Of a stretch of 35,744 bases of DNA, positions 22,264 through 31,323 are shown in pieces (within the stretch, counting starts at the first letter, position 1; every line of letters begins with the position of its first letter). A program made the position numbers and the translations under genes. Under the pieces are notes generated by a model. It made no database searches. It had not been told where the DNA came from and worked only from the letters and a program-made list of their open reading frames with translations. Source of the DNA: Planctomycetota bacterium (GTDB lineage Bacteria; Planctomycetota; UBA11346); assembly GCA_038213805.1 (NCBI GenBank), contig JBBQSO010000055.1, positions 1-35,744 on the forward strand. The letters are read 5' to 3'.

Positions 22264-23709
22264 ATGAACGCCACGCACGCAGCCTGCGCCAACCGCGCAC
22301 GAAGCACTCCGCGCTCCGCACTCCGCACTGCCACCCGCATCCCGCGCGCCGCCTTCACTCTGATCGAGATGATGGTGGTGATCTGCATCATCGCGATCAT
22401 CGCGGCGATCACCCTCGGTTCGATCTTCGGGACGCGCACCGTCAACCGCCTGCTTGCGACCGAGCAGCTGATCGGCGACCTGGTGCGTCAGGCGCGCCAC
22501 ACCGCGCGTTCCACCGGCGCGCCGGTGGTGCTGCGCATCACCCGCGACGCACCCGACGCGGCGGGCAACAGCAGTGGCGCGACCATCGCCGGCGTCAGCC
22601 GCATTCCGCTGTGGACGGAGCCCTTCGAGGGCCCGACGGTCGGCAGCCCCAACGCCATCCCCCTGCCTTCCGCTCCGCATCTGGGCGTCACGGGCTATGG
22701 CTGGTGGACCGGGGGCACCGCTGCCAGCGGCGTGGCGGCCGCCACGGGCCCGGCGGGCCCGCCGCCCTTCGCCGCCCTGGACCGTAATCAGGAGATCACG
22801 CGCGGGAACAGCGCGCGGCGCCTGAGCGACGGCTTCTATTTAGCTTGCACGGTCAACCCGAAACAGGCCGCACCGAACGCCACGCCCATACCGCTGCTGC
22901 TGGTCGGCGATTCGGCCGACATCGCGACCTCGTTATGCGGACTGATCCTGGTGCCGGACACGCGCGCGATCCAAAAGGTCAGCGGCGCGACCGCCAACCT
23001 CGCCAGCTACGAGATTGTCGGCTGGGTGCGGCCGCAGGGCGCGCTGGCGCCCGTCGAGGTCTCGTCGCTGGACAGCGCGGACATCCCCACCGGGGTGCTG
23101 CGCGACGAGCCGCTGCTGCACCCGTCGGTGTCCGGCGAGACCCACCCCAACGACATCGCTGGACCGCTTGCCGGCGGCCGCTGGGAAGAACTCGGCCTGC
23201 TCTACGACGGCGAGCGCCTGGTGCTGTACCGCAACGGCCGCCGCGTCGGCGAGAAGCTGCTGCCCACCGGTAGCGCCAGCCGCCTGCCCACGGGCGGCGC
23301 GCAGATCCACATCGGCGAGGCGGGGACGCAGACCGCCGACGCGACCTGCTTCGACGACTGCCGTTTGTACCGTTTGGCCACCGACCAGCTCGGCCGGCTG
23401 CCCGGACAGGTGGTGCCGAACGACGACTACCAGATCGTCGCGCACCCCGACGGCCGCGTCGAGGTCAACGTCGCCGCGGCAGCGGCCACGGCCGCGGGTG
23501 TGGGCGCGGGCGCCGGTGGCACCACGCTGCCCAACGCCGTCGCCAACGCCAACGCCAGCACCACCATCGCCGTCACCATCGCCATGACCAACCGCGTCCA
23601 GCACGCCGACATCACCATCACCGTCGATGGCCGGGTGAGCAGTGCGCTGCAGCTGGACAGCAAGGGCACGGCGGCGGCGCCGACGGTCGCCATCACCGGC
23701 GTACCGTGA
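22264..23709 (+). CDS. Prepilin-type minor pilin (GspH/FimT-like N-terminus) with LamG-like domain
   Basis: RAA|FTLIEMMVVI; L.RQARHTA.STG.PV.L GspH/FimT-like helix; WEELGLLYDGERLVLYRNG...IHIG...FDDCRLY LamG-like pattern. Start could be 22126, 22210 or 22264. Confidence 0.87.
   Translation: MNATHAACANRARSTPRSALRTATRIPRAAFTLIEMMVVICIIAIIAAITLGSIFGTRTVNRLLATEQLIGDLVRQARHTARSTGAPVVLRITRDAPDAAGNSSGATIAGVSRIPLWTEPFEGPTVGSPNAIPLPSAPHLGVTGYGWWTGGTAASGVAAATGPAGPPPFAALDRNQEITRGNSARRLSDGFYLACTVNPKQAAPNATPIPLLLVGDSADIATSLCGLILVPDTRAIQKVSGATANLASYEIVGWVRPQGALAPVEVSSLDSADIPTGVLRDEPLLHPSVSGETHPNDIAGPLAGGRWEELGLLYDGERLVLYRNGRRVGEKLLPTGSASRLPTGGAQIHIGEAGTQTADATCFDDCRLYRLATDQLGRLPGQVVPNDDYQIVAHPDGRVEVNVAAAAATAAGVGAGAGGTTLPNAVANANASTTIAVTIAMTNRVQHADITITVDGRVSSALQLDSKGTAAAPTVAITGVP
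22304..22331 (+). repeat. GCACTCC-type heptamer x4 inside the prepilin leader
   Basis: gcactcc gcgctcc gcactcc gcactgc read directly. Confidence 0.7.
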
Positions 23710-23735
23710 GGCCGCAAGCGAACGAGGCCCGACTC

Positions 23736-26700
23736 ATGCGTAACCGCGCCCGACGTCCATCCCGCAGCTGCGTGCTCCACCGGCGCGTGCAGCCGGCGCG
23801 CGCCGGCATCGCCCTGATCATGGCCCTGGTGATCCTGGTGGCGTTGATCATCCTCGGTCTGCCCTTCCTGTTCTCGCAGTCGTCCAGCCTGACCGGCACG
23901 CGCACCTTCGCGCACAGCCAGCAGGCCTATGTCGGGCGTACCGCCGCCGAGAATCTCGGCGTCGCATCCGCCACCGCCGCGGTCGCGCAGCATTTCCAGC
24001 CCACCGGCGCCGCCGCCGGCACCGCCCCCGGCGCCGACCCGCTCGAGGAATGGACCAGCCTGAGCGACAACCTCGACCCGGCGGTGCACGCCAACGTGCC
24101 CACCGGCTTCGCCACGCTGCTGCTCGACAATCGCGTCGGCCTGGACCCCAAGCAGCTCAACCTGACCCCCGCCGCGCAGCGCCGCTACAACGCGGTGGCG
24201 GAGAACGCCGCGTTGATCGGCGTGACCCTCGAGGACGAGTCGGGCAAGCTCGACCCCAACTACCTGTCGGTGGCGGCGTGGGACGCGCTGCTGCGCAAGG
24301 TCGGCATCAGCGACTGGGATGACAACGCGACGATCAACAGCAAGTGCTACTACAACAACACCACGGCCAAGTACGAGCAGTACTCGGACGCCGACACCTA
24401 CGGTGAGCTCGCCCTGGCGCTCAGCGAGGTGCGCCTGCTGCCGGCGCTCAAGCACCGTCCGATCGAGCGCCTTGAGCAGCTGCTGCTCGCCGACACCCAC
24501 CACTGGGCGCAACAGGGCGGCAGCTTCAGTTATCCGAGCAGCTCGGCGCCCACCGTGCGTTTCGGCCTGCGCCGGATGCTCACCCGCGCGGAACTCGAGC
24601 TGCTGCGGCCCTACCTGTCGCTGGCCAATCTCGGCCAGGGGCGCTCCGGCCTGATCGATCTCGGGACGGTGGTCAAGCTCGACGACAACATCGGCATCGA
24701 CCACGCCTTGTTCGTCGACGGCAATTTCGAGACCCTGCTCGGTTTCGGCACCTGGATCACCGCCGACCAGCTCGATCCCGCCTCGGGACAGGATCGCCAG
24801 GGCGTGGTCGAAGGCTACTTCGGCAACCTGAACGTCCGCACTGAACCGCTGGGGTCGCCCAACCCGCCGCTCGCCCAGCAGGGCGTCGGCCTCGCCATCC
24901 AGGCGCCTCCGATGGTCAACATCCACGCCGCCAGCGAGGCCGTGCGCGACGCGCTCGGCTACGTTTCCAAGCCCACCACCAGACCGCTGCGCACGGTCTC
25001 GCAGCTCATCACGCTCGGCCTGATGCCGGTCGGCAACACGCCGATGAACGTCCAGCTTACCGTCGCCTTCGACCTGCAGAACCCGCTGGCGCTGCGCTTC
25101 GAGGGCAATCCGCAAGAACAGCTGCGCCCGATCGAGCACCCGCCGCTGGCGATCGCCTCATCGGGCGTGGTGACCATCGAGTCCGCCGCCACCATCACCG
25201 ATCCACAGGGCCGCCAGGACGCCCAGGCCAAGCGCCGCATCGTCGTCCAGGCGGTGCCGCAGGAAACCGCGCTGGAGCAGCGCTGGCTGACCCAGGGCAT
25301 GTTCTCGACGCTGCTCGCGCAGCGCTCGGGCAGCAACCTCGAATCGTGGCCGAACCCGTTCCGCCGGCTCAAGCGCAGCAGCGACCCGCTGACCCTGCCG
25401 AACGATCCGGACCTGGGTGCGGGCGGCAGCGCCGTGGCCGGCACCGGGCTCAAGCCGATTACCGGGCCGAGCTATGCGACCGGCTACATCCACCGCGGCG
25501 ACCTGAACCCCGCCAAGCGCGTGCCCAGCCACGTCACCATCGACTGGCGCGCGCCCTTCGGCGCCGATCTGCCGATCGACACTGCCACCGACGGCGTCGC
25601 CAACGAGACCCTGCAGGGCCTGGTGCCGGTCTCGCCGTCCACCGCCTACGCGGGCCAGGACATGCGCCCCGACGGTCTGCATCTGAGCACCGGTTCGCCG
25701 CTCGCGTATGGTCTGGCCGCCGACGCCAACCAGGGCGCGGCGCACGGCCTTTTCCGGCGCTCGCATCTCAGATTGGGCACCCAGGTGTGGGAACTGGGCA
25801 ACCGCCAGATCAGCTTCTGGATCAAGCCGGAGAGCGACTGGACCGGGATCGTGCCGCTGCTTGAGATGCGCATGCCGGCCGGCCAAGCCGCCGGCGAGAT
25901 CACCCCGGGCGGCGCGCCGGGCGCCGGCAGCAACGAGCTGCAGAACTATTTCGGGCTGTTCTACGACCGCACCCAGCAGCTGCTGGCCCTGGTCATCGCA
26001 CCGCCGGCGATCGAGCACACCGGTGACTACGGTCCGCTGATCCCCAAGGATGACACCGACCTCACTTTCGATTTCGATGAGCGCTCGCTGGGCAGCGACG
26101 CGCCGGGCGCGACCTTTCCGCTCGCAGCGCGTCAGGTGCCGGACAGCGATCCGATGGCCAAGACCTCGGCCAAGCTCGCCAGCATCTCGACGCTGTTCCG
26201 CCCCAACCGCGTCATCCACATCTACCGCGTGCGCGACGCCAGCGCCGGCAAACCGTTCTTCCGCCAGAACCAGTGGTACAACATCCAGCTCGCCCTGGCC
26301 AACGACCGCCCGGGCGGCGCGGCGATCATCGTCGACGGATTGGTCGGACGCGATGCGGCCAAGGGCCCGGCCGCGACCTGCGTGCTCGACAAGACCGGCG
26401 ACCACCTGACTCTGCCCGGCCTGCCGATCACGGCAGAGATCGTGAAGGTCGACGCCACCACCGCCTTCGGCAATGGGCTGAAGGTCGCGGCGGTCACGGT
26501 CAAGGCGGTGACGCTCAAGACTTCTGGCGCCGACGTCGTGCTGCACGCCGCCGACCTCTTCCCGGTGCACGGGCAGGTTAAGATCGACGACGAATACTTC
26601 ACCTACGACAAGGTCACTGGCGACACGTTCTCCACGCTGGTGCGTGCGCAGCGTCAGAACACCAACACCACCGCCGGCACCCTGCAGGGCCGCTGGCCGG

Positions 26701-29018
26701 TGACCCAACACCACGCGGTGGGCACCCTGGTGACCCCGTCGGGCTACCGGCTGCGTCTGCCTGGCGGGACCTTCTTCGTGGGCGGTTGCGCGCTGGCCGA
26801 TCCCCTGGGGGCCGGCGACATGATCGATCCCAACTGGGCGATCTGGGCGCAGGCCGATCCCACCAAGGCGCCGATCATCCCCGACCCGACCGACCTGACC
26901 GGCAACCGCTATATCGTGTTCCAGGGCGACATTCCCCACGACATCCCGATCAAGGGCGGCCTGGGCGTGATCACGCAATTTCCGCAGAGCGGCATCGTGC
27001 GTCTGAACGGCCACGTCTTCTCGTACGCGTCGCGCAGTGCGACCGCGCTGCAAGGCGTCGCTGACCTCGCCGGCTTCACCTTCGCCGGCCCGGGTGCACC
27101 GCCGATGGGCGACACCGGCCAGTTCACCATCAACAAGACCCAGCTGAACTCGCTGCGCATCGTGCTGCTGACCACGTCGTTGACAGGCGATCCGACGGCG
27201 CCGAACGCCTACAGCCAGAATGGCGGGGGCGCGCAGCTGGCCCAGGTGGTCGATGCCGCGACCGGCCGTGTGGAATGGGTGCGCTATGACCTGTTGGCGA
27301 GCAATGGCGGCGTAGGCCACCTCTACGTCAACGACGGTTGGAACTATCCCTCCAACCGCGGCCAGCAGCGCACCTACCACCCGGGGCGGCTGTCGCCCGG
27401 GTACAGCAGCCTCACCCCCTTCGCCGCGGGCAGCCAGCTCATCGCGGTGCAGAGCGATATGCCGAATTCCGGCCACTGCATCGCCACCGGCGACGTGGTG
27501 ACGATGATCACCAAGGACACGCTCGGCACGGTCGCGCCGCTGCAGATGGTGGTGCGGTACGCGGCCATGGACGGCTACGACGCCGTGGCCGACTCGCGCA
27601 ACGGCAGCTATGACACCAAGAACGAATACTTCGCCTTCATGGACAACCTGCCCATGGGTTTCCCCACCGCCGCCAACCGCTTCGAGCTGATCAGCTGGCC
27701 ATGCTGGAGCAGCATCGACCTGACCGGGCCGGGCAACGCGCAGATGAACACCGGCGACATGCCGCGCCATTACATGCCGCGCCTGGACGCCCTGGCGCAG
27801 GGCTACGCGCCCGGCGGCCCCGCCTCGCCGGCCGCCCGGGTCTTCGTCGCGGCCGCGGACAGCGCGCGCGGCGGCCTGACCACCATGGCCGACGCCACCA
27901 TCGACGCCCTGGTCGCGGGGCCGCTGCCCGCCAATCCCACCGCGGCCCAGACCAGCGCGCTGCTGGACAACAACCAGGGCTGGACCAACCAGGGCGGCAG
28001 CGCGCTGGTGACCGCCGACGGCAACGGCATCGGCGCCGCCGTCGGTGACCTCGGTGCCTACGTCCATTCCAGCGACCAGGTGTTCGCGACCCCCACCGGC
28101 CTGGCCCTGATCGGCGGTGAGGTCTTCGCCTGGGAACGCAGCCACCTGCCCAACCCGGATGCGCGCAGCGCCAAACTCATCGGCCGCGGGCTGCTCGGCT
28201 CGGAAAAGGTCACGCACGCAGGGCCAGAGCCGCTGCTGATCCTGCCCATCGGTCCGGTGGCGCAGATCGAGGGCACCCTGCCGGAACAGGACTTCTTCCA
28301 GCTCAGCGACCAGTTCTTCAACAGCAGCCCCTCCTCGCCGGTGCTGGACGCGCCGGTGGCGATGATCTGCGATCCGGGCGGCGACCCCACCAAGGTCGAA
28401 CTCGTCCAGTTCGTCGGCCCGCGGCAGCGCGGCAACGTCAATTCGTACGTCACCGCGCCGTGGCTGCGTGGCCTGTACAACACCGTCAAGCAGACCTGGG
28501 GCCCGAGCGGCGGCCAGAAGCCGATCGTCATCGGCTGGTGGCCACGCTACGCCAGCGCGCTGCCCGGTTCAGGGGCGACGGCGGAGCAGTTCCGTTCGCG
28601 CACCTACGCCTGGGCGGGCTTCCCATTCCGTCTCCACGATGCACGCTTCGACCGCGCCCTGCTCGCCGCCAAGAGCGCGGAAGTCGCCACCGTCAAGCTC
28701 CTCGACCCGGAGATCGGTGACGCCTTCCGCATCGAGGCGCGCGCGCTTGCCCGGGGCTTCGATTGGACGCCTGCCACCGTGATGACGCTCAACACCGCCT
28801 CGACCAGCGATCAGGACGTCAGCACCGCATTCGGCCCGGCCTTCACCAACCAGGCGGTGGACGGCGCGGAGCTGCGCCTGACCTGGCATTACCTCAAGGA
28901 CCCCTCGGGTCTGCTGCCCGACATCGCCGCCGCCGGCAACCGCGCGCCGGCGATCGGCCCGGTGCGCCTGCGCTGCCTGGCGCCCACCGAGATCCTGTCG
29001 GTGGAGGGCCAGCAGTGA
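23736..29018 (+). CDS. Giant GspK/PilX-like minor pilin, putative tip adhesin (~1760 aa)
   Basis: RAG|IALIMALVILV signal lacking E5 (a GspK/PilX trait), LEDESGKLDPN GspK-like motif, later ISFWIKP/WYNIQL LamG-like strands and a beta-rich Gly/Thr/Pro body. Start GTG 23706 or ATG 23736. Confidence 0.88.
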   Translation: MRNRARRPSRSCVLHRRVQPARAGIALIMALVILVALIILGLPFLFSQSSSLTGTRTFAHSQQAYVGRTAAENLGVASATAAVAQHFQPTGAAAGTAPGADPLEEWTSLSDNLDPAVHANVPTGFATLLLDNRVGLDPKQLNLTPAAQRRYNAVAENAALIGVTLEDESGKLDPNYLSVAAWDALLRKVGISDWDDNATINSKCYYNNTTAKYEQYSDADTYGELALALSEVRLLPALKHRPIERLEQLLLADTHHWAQQGGSFSYPSSSAPTVRFGLRRMLTRAELELLRPYLSLANLGQGRSGLIDLGTVVKLDDNIGIDHALFVDGNFETLLGFGTWITADQLDPASGQDRQGVVEGYFGNLNVRTEPLGSPNPPLAQQGVGLAIQAPPMVNIHAASEAVRDALGYVSKPTTRPLRTVSQLITLGLMPVGNTPMNVQLTVAFDLQNPLALRFEGNPQEQLRPIEHPPLAIASSGVVTIESAATITDPQGRQDAQAKRRIVVQAVPQETALEQRWLTQGMFSTLLAQRSGSNLESWPNPFRRLKRSSDPLTLPNDPDLGAGGSAVAGTGLKPITGPSYATGYIHRGDLNPAKRVPSHVTIDWRAPFGADLPIDTATDGVANETLQGLVPVSPSTAYAGQDMRPDGLHLSTGSPLAYGLAADANQGAAHGLFRRSHLRLGTQVWELGNRQISFWIKPESDWTGIVPLLEMRMPAGQAAGEITPGGAPGAGSNELQNYFGLFYDRTQQLLALVIAPPAIEHTGDYGPLIPKDDTDLTFDFDERSLGSDAPGATFPLAARQVPDSDPMAKTSAKLASISTLFRPNRVIHIYRVRDASAGKPFFRQNQWYNIQLALANDRPGGAAIIVDGLVGRDAAKGPAATCVLDKTGDHLTLPGLPITAEIVKVDATTAFGNGLKVAAVTVKAVTLKTSGADVVLHAADLFPVHGQVKIDDEYFTYDKVTGDTFSTLVRAQRQNTNTTAGTLQGRWPVTQHHAVGTLVTPSGYRLRLPGGTFFVGGCALADPLGAGDMIDPNWAIWAQADPTKAPIIPDPTDLTGNRYIVFQGDIPHDIPIKGGLGVITQFPQSGIVRLNGHVFSYASRSATALQGVADLAGFTFAGPGAPPMGDTGQFTINKTQLNSLRIVLLTTSLTGDPTAPNAYSQNGGGAQLAQVVDAATGRVEWVRYDLLASNGGVGHLYVNDGWNYPSNRGQQRTYHPGRLSPGYSSLTPFAAGSQLIAVQSDMPNSGHCIATGDVVTMITKDTLGTVAPLQMVVRYAAMDGYDAVADSRNGSYDTKNEYFAFMDNLPMGFPTAANRFELISWPCWSSIDLTGPGNAQMNTGDMPRHYMPRLDALAQGYAPGGPASPAARVFVAAADSARGGLTTMADATIDALVAGPLPANPTAAQTSALLDNNQGWTNQGGSALVTADGNGIGAAVGDLGAYVHSSDQVFATPTGLALIGGEVFAWERSHLPNPDARSAKLIGRGLLGSEKVTHAGPEPLLILPIGPVAQIEGTLPEQDFFQLSDQFFNSSPSSPVLDAPVAMICDPGGDPTKVELVQFVGPRQRGNVNSYVTAPWLRGLYNTVKQTWGPSGGQKPIVIGWWPRYASALPGSGATAEQFRSRTYAWAGFPFRLHDARFDRALLAAKSAEVATVKLLDPEIGDAFRIEARALARGFDWTPATVMTLNTASTSDQDVSTAFGPAFTNQAVDGAELRLTWHYLKDPSGLLPDIAAAGNRAPAIGPVRLRCLAPTEILSVEGQQ

Positions 29019-30142
29019 GCCGCCTGATGCATCACCACGGCGCTTCGCGCGCCGGCCTGACGCTGATCGAGATCCTGGTCTCGATCCTGATCCTGTCGGT
29101 GGTCTCGATCGCCATGATCGGCATCTTGATGGTCAGTTCGGAGCTGTTCCGGCGTGGCGAGTTCAGCCGCTCGGCGAACGATGAGGCGATCGCGGTGATG
29201 GGGGCGCTGGATGATGATGTGAAGCGCATCATCCCGGTGGTGGATGGGGGTTGGCTGTATGCCGGACTTTCGACCACTCCCAATGGCAACTGCATCCTGG
29301 GCATGGCCATCCCGAATCCCGATCCGTCGGGCATCACCAGCACCGGCACCAACGGGCGGCTGGTGGTGGCGTGGTTCGTGGATGCGCAGGACAATCTGGT
29401 GCGGGTGCAGCGCGAACTGACCACAGCGGGCACCCCGCCGGGGTTTACCGTCGAGGCTCAGCTGCTCAATGACGTCGACGCGGTCATCACCTCCGGCGCC
29501 ATCGGCACGAGCATGGCGACGAATGCCACGCCGGGGTCGAGTCCGACGCAGGCGCAGATCATCACCACAGGTTGCCTGCATTTCAGTCCCTGGCTGAGTC
29601 TGGACGATCCCAGCTACCCGAGCATGAAGCGCACTCACGACGCCAATGGCATCAACTGGGAGGATCCGTCATGCGACCCTCTCGAAAACGCGCCCTTCGC
29701 GGCAGCTCCGGGCGCTTCGGGGGGGTTCGCCACCAATCCCGGGATACCAAGTACCACTACCAGCAGCGGAATTCCGGCAATTCCGATGCCCGCAGCGATG
29801 CGCATCACCGTGGTGTTGACCGGCGGTGGGCGCTTCGCGCCCAAGGGTATCCTGACCGGACCCATCACCGGTGGCGGTGGCGGCGGCGGTGGCCAGGTTC
29901 CGATCTCTGGCGTCGCGGTGCTGCCCACCACGCCCGGATCGATGCTGCGCATCGATCCCGATCCCAGTGGCGGGACCGTCGCTAATGGCAGCGAGTGGAT
30001 CGAATACAGCAACTACAGCGGTGGCAAGGCCACCATCGTGCGCCGCGGTGCGCGGCGCACGAACCAGAGTGCGACCCACGCCAAGGGCGACCTGGTGCGC
30101 GTCGGCGTGACCTATAGCTTGGTACGCAGCCTGCCCCACTAA
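29015..30142 (+). CDS. Prepilin-type minor pilin (GspJ/PilW-like)
   Basis: RAG|LTLIEILVSILIL with E5, L.DDV.RI helix, W..D....LVR and AMRITVVL elements. GTG overlaps the upstream stop (GTGA); alternative ATG 29027. Confidence 0.88.
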   Translation: MSRLMHHHGASRAGLTLIEILVSILILSVVSIAMIGILMVSSELFRRGEFSRSANDEAIAVMGALDDDVKRIIPVVDGGWLYAGLSTTPNGNCILGMAIPNPDPSGITSTGTNGRLVVAWFVDAQDNLVRVQRELTTAGTPPGFTVEAQLLNDVDAVITSGAIGTSMATNATPGSSPTQAQIITTGCLHFSPWLSLDDPSYPSMKRTHDANGINWEDPSCDPLENAPFAAAPGASGGFATNPGIPSTTTSSGIPAIPMPAAMRITVVLTGGGRFAPKGILTGPITGGGGGGGGQVPISGVAVLPTTPGSMLRIDPDPSGGTVANGSEWIEYSNYSGGKATIVRRGARRTNQSATHAKGDLVRVGVTYSLVRSLPH

Positions 30143-30254
30143 GCAGCGGTTTCAGCAGCCCTCCCCCTCCTGAATCCGCGCCGCAAGCAACCTGCCGCAG
30201 CGGCCGGCGGGTTGCCCTTGTCGCCGCCGCGGCTCCCGCGAGGCTGCCCCGCGC

Positions 30255-31187
30255 ATGGGCCCCCTTCTCGACTTTCTCCAGCTGCGCGACTTCGCCCCCA
30301 GCGACCTGCTGGTGGTGCTGTCGCTGGTGGTGCTCGAGGCGCTGCTGTCCTGCGACAACGCGGTGGCGCTGGCGGTGGTGGTGCGGCGGCTGCCGCGCGA
30401 GCAGCAGGGCCGCGCGCTGCGCTACGGCATCGTCGGCGCTTATGCCTTCCTGTTCCTCGCCCTGGTGTTCGCGACCTGGATCGTCCGGCAGTGGTACCTG
30501 AAATTCCTCGGTGGCGCCTACCTGGTATGGCTGGCCTGGAAGCATTTCCGCCAGGCCGGTCATCACGCTGAGGATGCGACCGTACCGACGGCGACCCGAC
30601 GCATCCTGGGCCTGAGCGCGTTCTGGAGCACGGTGGTGATGGTCGAGCTGACCGACGTCGCGTTCTCGGTGGATTCGATCGCCGCCGCGGTGGCGCTCTC
30701 CGACAAGTTCTGGGTGCTGATGCTCGGTGGCATGCTGTGTATCGTCGCCATGCGCTTCGTGGCGCAGGCCTTCATCGCTCTGCTCCACCGCTTTCCCGGC
30801 CTGGAGACCGCAGCCTTCCTGGCCGTGGCGCTGATCGGCATCAAGCTGCTGATTGAGTTCCCCCTCGACGTGGTCGGTCGGCAGGCCGCATTCCCGACGG
30901 AGGTCGCCTACGCCGATGCCGCTGGCTACGTCGCCGCAGCCGCGCAGCACAATCCGCCGGCTGTTGCAGTACCGCACATGGTGACGATCAACCTCAGCGC
31001 CGACCCCCTGCCAGACGCGGCGCGCTTCACCGCGCCGCGCGAATACCAGACGGCGCTCAACCACTGGATCCTGCACGGCCGCGGCTTCATCGACATCGAT
31101 GAGTGGGGAGCCGCGGCGATCATTCCGCTGATTTTCCTCGGTGGTTTTTTCCGGCGGCGGCCGAAAGAGACCGTGGCTGATGGCTGA
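30255..31187 (+). CDS. terC: TerC-family membrane protein
   Basis: LEALLSCDNA, ALRYG..GA, GGAYLVWL, FWSTV..VELTDVAFSVDSI.AAVALS, FPGLE.AA motifs and multiple TM helices. Confidence 0.9.
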   Translation: MGPLLDFLQLRDFAPSDLLVVLSLVVLEALLSCDNAVALAVVVRRLPREQQGRALRYGIVGAYAFLFLALVFATWIVRQWYLKFLGGAYLVWLAWKHFRQAGHHAEDATVPTATRRILGLSAFWSTVVMVELTDVAFSVDSIAAAVALSDKFWVLMLGGMLCIVAMRFVAQAFIALLHRFPGLETAAFLAVALIGIKLLIEFPLDVVGRQAAFPTEVAYADAAGYVAAAAQHNPPAVAVPHMVTINLSADPLPDAARFTAPREYQTALNHWILHGRGFIDIDEWGAAAIIPLIFLGGFFRRRPKETVADG

Positions 31188-31229
31188 TGGCTGATGGCTG
31201 ATGGCTGATGGCTGATGGCTGATGGCTAA
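31174..31229. repeat. TGGCTGA heptamer array (7 perfect + 1 imperfect)
   Basis: Read directly; supplies the terC stop codon. Confidence 0.95.
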
Positions 31230-31272
31230 GAAACAGGAAACCCCCGGCTTGTGACCGGGGGTTTCCTGTTTC
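31230..31272. terminator. Bidirectional intrinsic terminator between terC and sod
   Basis: Perfect 18-bp inverted repeat GAAACAGGAAACCCCCGG / CCGGGGGTTTCCTGTTTC with a 7-nt loop, between convergent genes. Confidence 0.85.
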
Positions 31273-31287
31273 AGTGCTCGGCTGTCC

Positions 31288-31323
31288 GACTTCCGGACTT
31301 CCGGACTTCCGGACCTCCGGACT
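31288..31323. repeat. GACTTCCG octamer tandem repeat (~4.5 units)
   Basis: gacttccg x3, gacctccg, gact, just beyond the sod stop. Confidence 0.85.

Noticed and set aside
25158..28217. 1019-aa minus-strand ORF (and similar ones at 187-1479, 5931-7559, 8223-9938, 23427-25139)
   Set aside because: Antisense shadows of well-supported plus-strand genes.
26559..30107. Prophage or tailocin, suggested by the phage-tail-like motifs
   Set aside because: The motifs lie inside prepilin-signal proteins; no capsid, sheath, terminase, integrase or lysis genes are in the window.
31174..31323. Repeat cluster as a CRISPR array
   Set aside because: Units are 7-8 bp tandem repeats with no spacers, and no cas genes are present.
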